This document shows positions 31,449 to 32,000 of a stretch of 32,000 bases of DNA, one piece after another; positions within the stretch are counted from its first letter, which is position 1, and each line of letters begins with the position of its first letter. This stretch comes from Ktedonobacterales bacterium (GTDB lineage: Bacteria; Chloroflexota; Ktedonobacteria; Ktedonobacterales; JADMIN01): assembly GCA_030167145.1 (NCBI GenBank), contig CP126532.1, positions 2,670,001-2,702,000 on the forward strand, given 5' to 3'. The notes beneath the pieces were generated by a model, which was not told the origin of the DNA, did not search any database, and was given only the letters and a program-made list of their open reading frames with translations. A program made the translations under genes and the position numbers.

Positions 31449-32000
31449 ATGGTGCCGACACGCCCCACCCACCCGTTCTGGATGTATGAGGAGATGCAGG
31501 CGACGCCCGCCGCGCTGGACCATGCCCTCGCGCCCAGCGCCGCCGAGCGCAGCGCACGCGAAGAACTGGCGACGCGGCTGGCCACGGCCCGGCGTGTCTA
31601 CCTCACCGGCTGCGGCACCGCGTACCATGCCGCGCTGGTGGGCGCGGCATTTCTGCGCGACTTCACCGCTGGGCAAGTAGACGCACGCGCCGTGCAATCG
31701 TTCGAGCTGGCGCATTACGCGCAGCCCGGCCCCGGAGCCAACGACCTGCTCATCGCGCTCAGCCACAGCGGCAAGCCCACCGCGACCAATGCCGCGCTCG
31801 CTCGCGCCCACGGCGCCGGCGCTTACTGCCTCACCATCACCGGCAACCCCACCAGTCCCGCCGCCCAACTCGCTCAGGCAGTGATCGAGTACGGCTACGC
31901 CGAGGCGAAGTCATTTACCTACACCATCAGCTACAGCCTGATGCTCGCCGTCCTGGCCGATCTCGCTGCGCACACTGCCACCCATATACACGGCGCCGGC
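31449..32000 (+). CDS. SIS-domain sugar isomerase/aminotransferase-like protein (GlmS C-terminal / FrlB-like); 3' end lies outside the window
   Basis: Own translation from the ATG at 31449 gives MVPTRPTHPFWMYEEMQATPAALDHAL...RVYLTGCGTAYHAALVGAAFL...LIALSHSGKPTATNAALARAHGAGAYCLTITGNPTSP... The frame is open to the window end (184 codons). It carries the SIS motifs GCGT.YHA and SHSG.T. Confidence 0.8.
   Translation, partial: MVPTRPTHPFWMYEEMQATPAALDHALAPSAAERSAREELATRLATARRVYLTGCGTAYHAALVGAAFLRDFTAGQVDARAVQSFELAHYAQPGPGANDLLIALSHSGKPTATNAALARAHGAGAYCLTITGNPTSPAAQLAQAVIEYGYAEAKSFTYTISYSLMLAVLADLAAHTATHIHGAG

Overview
This is a high-GC bacterial chromosomal window. I cannot assign a taxon from it. 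The gene style (zinc-ribbon Ser/Thr kinase, SARP/NB-ARC/TPR regulator, short YidC with a long tail) is reminiscent of Chloroflexota or Actinomycetota, but that is only an impression. I support about 32 protein genes. On the minus strand these are a partial UPF0104 membrane protein, a membrane-HNH protein, an SDR epimerase, a DUF362-ferredoxin protein and two tandem paralogous TIR-TPR proteins. On the plus strand there follow a Cof-type HAD hydrolase, an APC permease, two tandemly duplicated Sulfotransfer_4-like genes and a hotdog thioesterase. A lower-GC accessory islet at about 12.6-14.55 kb comes next. It holds a ParE/RelE-type toxin-antitoxin pair, a HicB-like gene interrupted by an in-frame TGA, and about 1.2 kb of non-coding DNA packed with short tandem repeats. 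After the islet come a zinc-ribbon Ser/Thr kinase, a SAM methyltransferase, a zinc-ribbon membrane protein, miaA, a small hypothetical gene and trpF. A 1214-aa SARP-NB-ARC-TPR-LuxR STAND regulator lies on the minus strand. The classical rpmH-rnpA-yidD-yidC-jag cluster follows, then a PfkB kinase, yceD, a Pro/Thr-rich membrane protein and a partial SIS-domain protein. I saw no rRNA, tRNA, CRISPR array or transposase. The best candidate for an undescribed system is the TIR-TPR gene pair (3763-7647). Each protein has a TIR domain retaining the catalytic-type Glu, fused directly to 18 or 10 near-consensus TPRs, and there is no NTPase or known partner effector nearby. Other notable signals are a 99-bp palindromic repeat element inserted in-frame in the STAND regulator, flanked by 14-bp direct repeats, with a simpler copy in an intergenic region. 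There is also an iteron-like repeat landscape next to the TA modules, and a 944-bp tandem duplication that carried along a fossil of the permease 3' end. All family calls come from reading translated motifs by eye. No database search was run.
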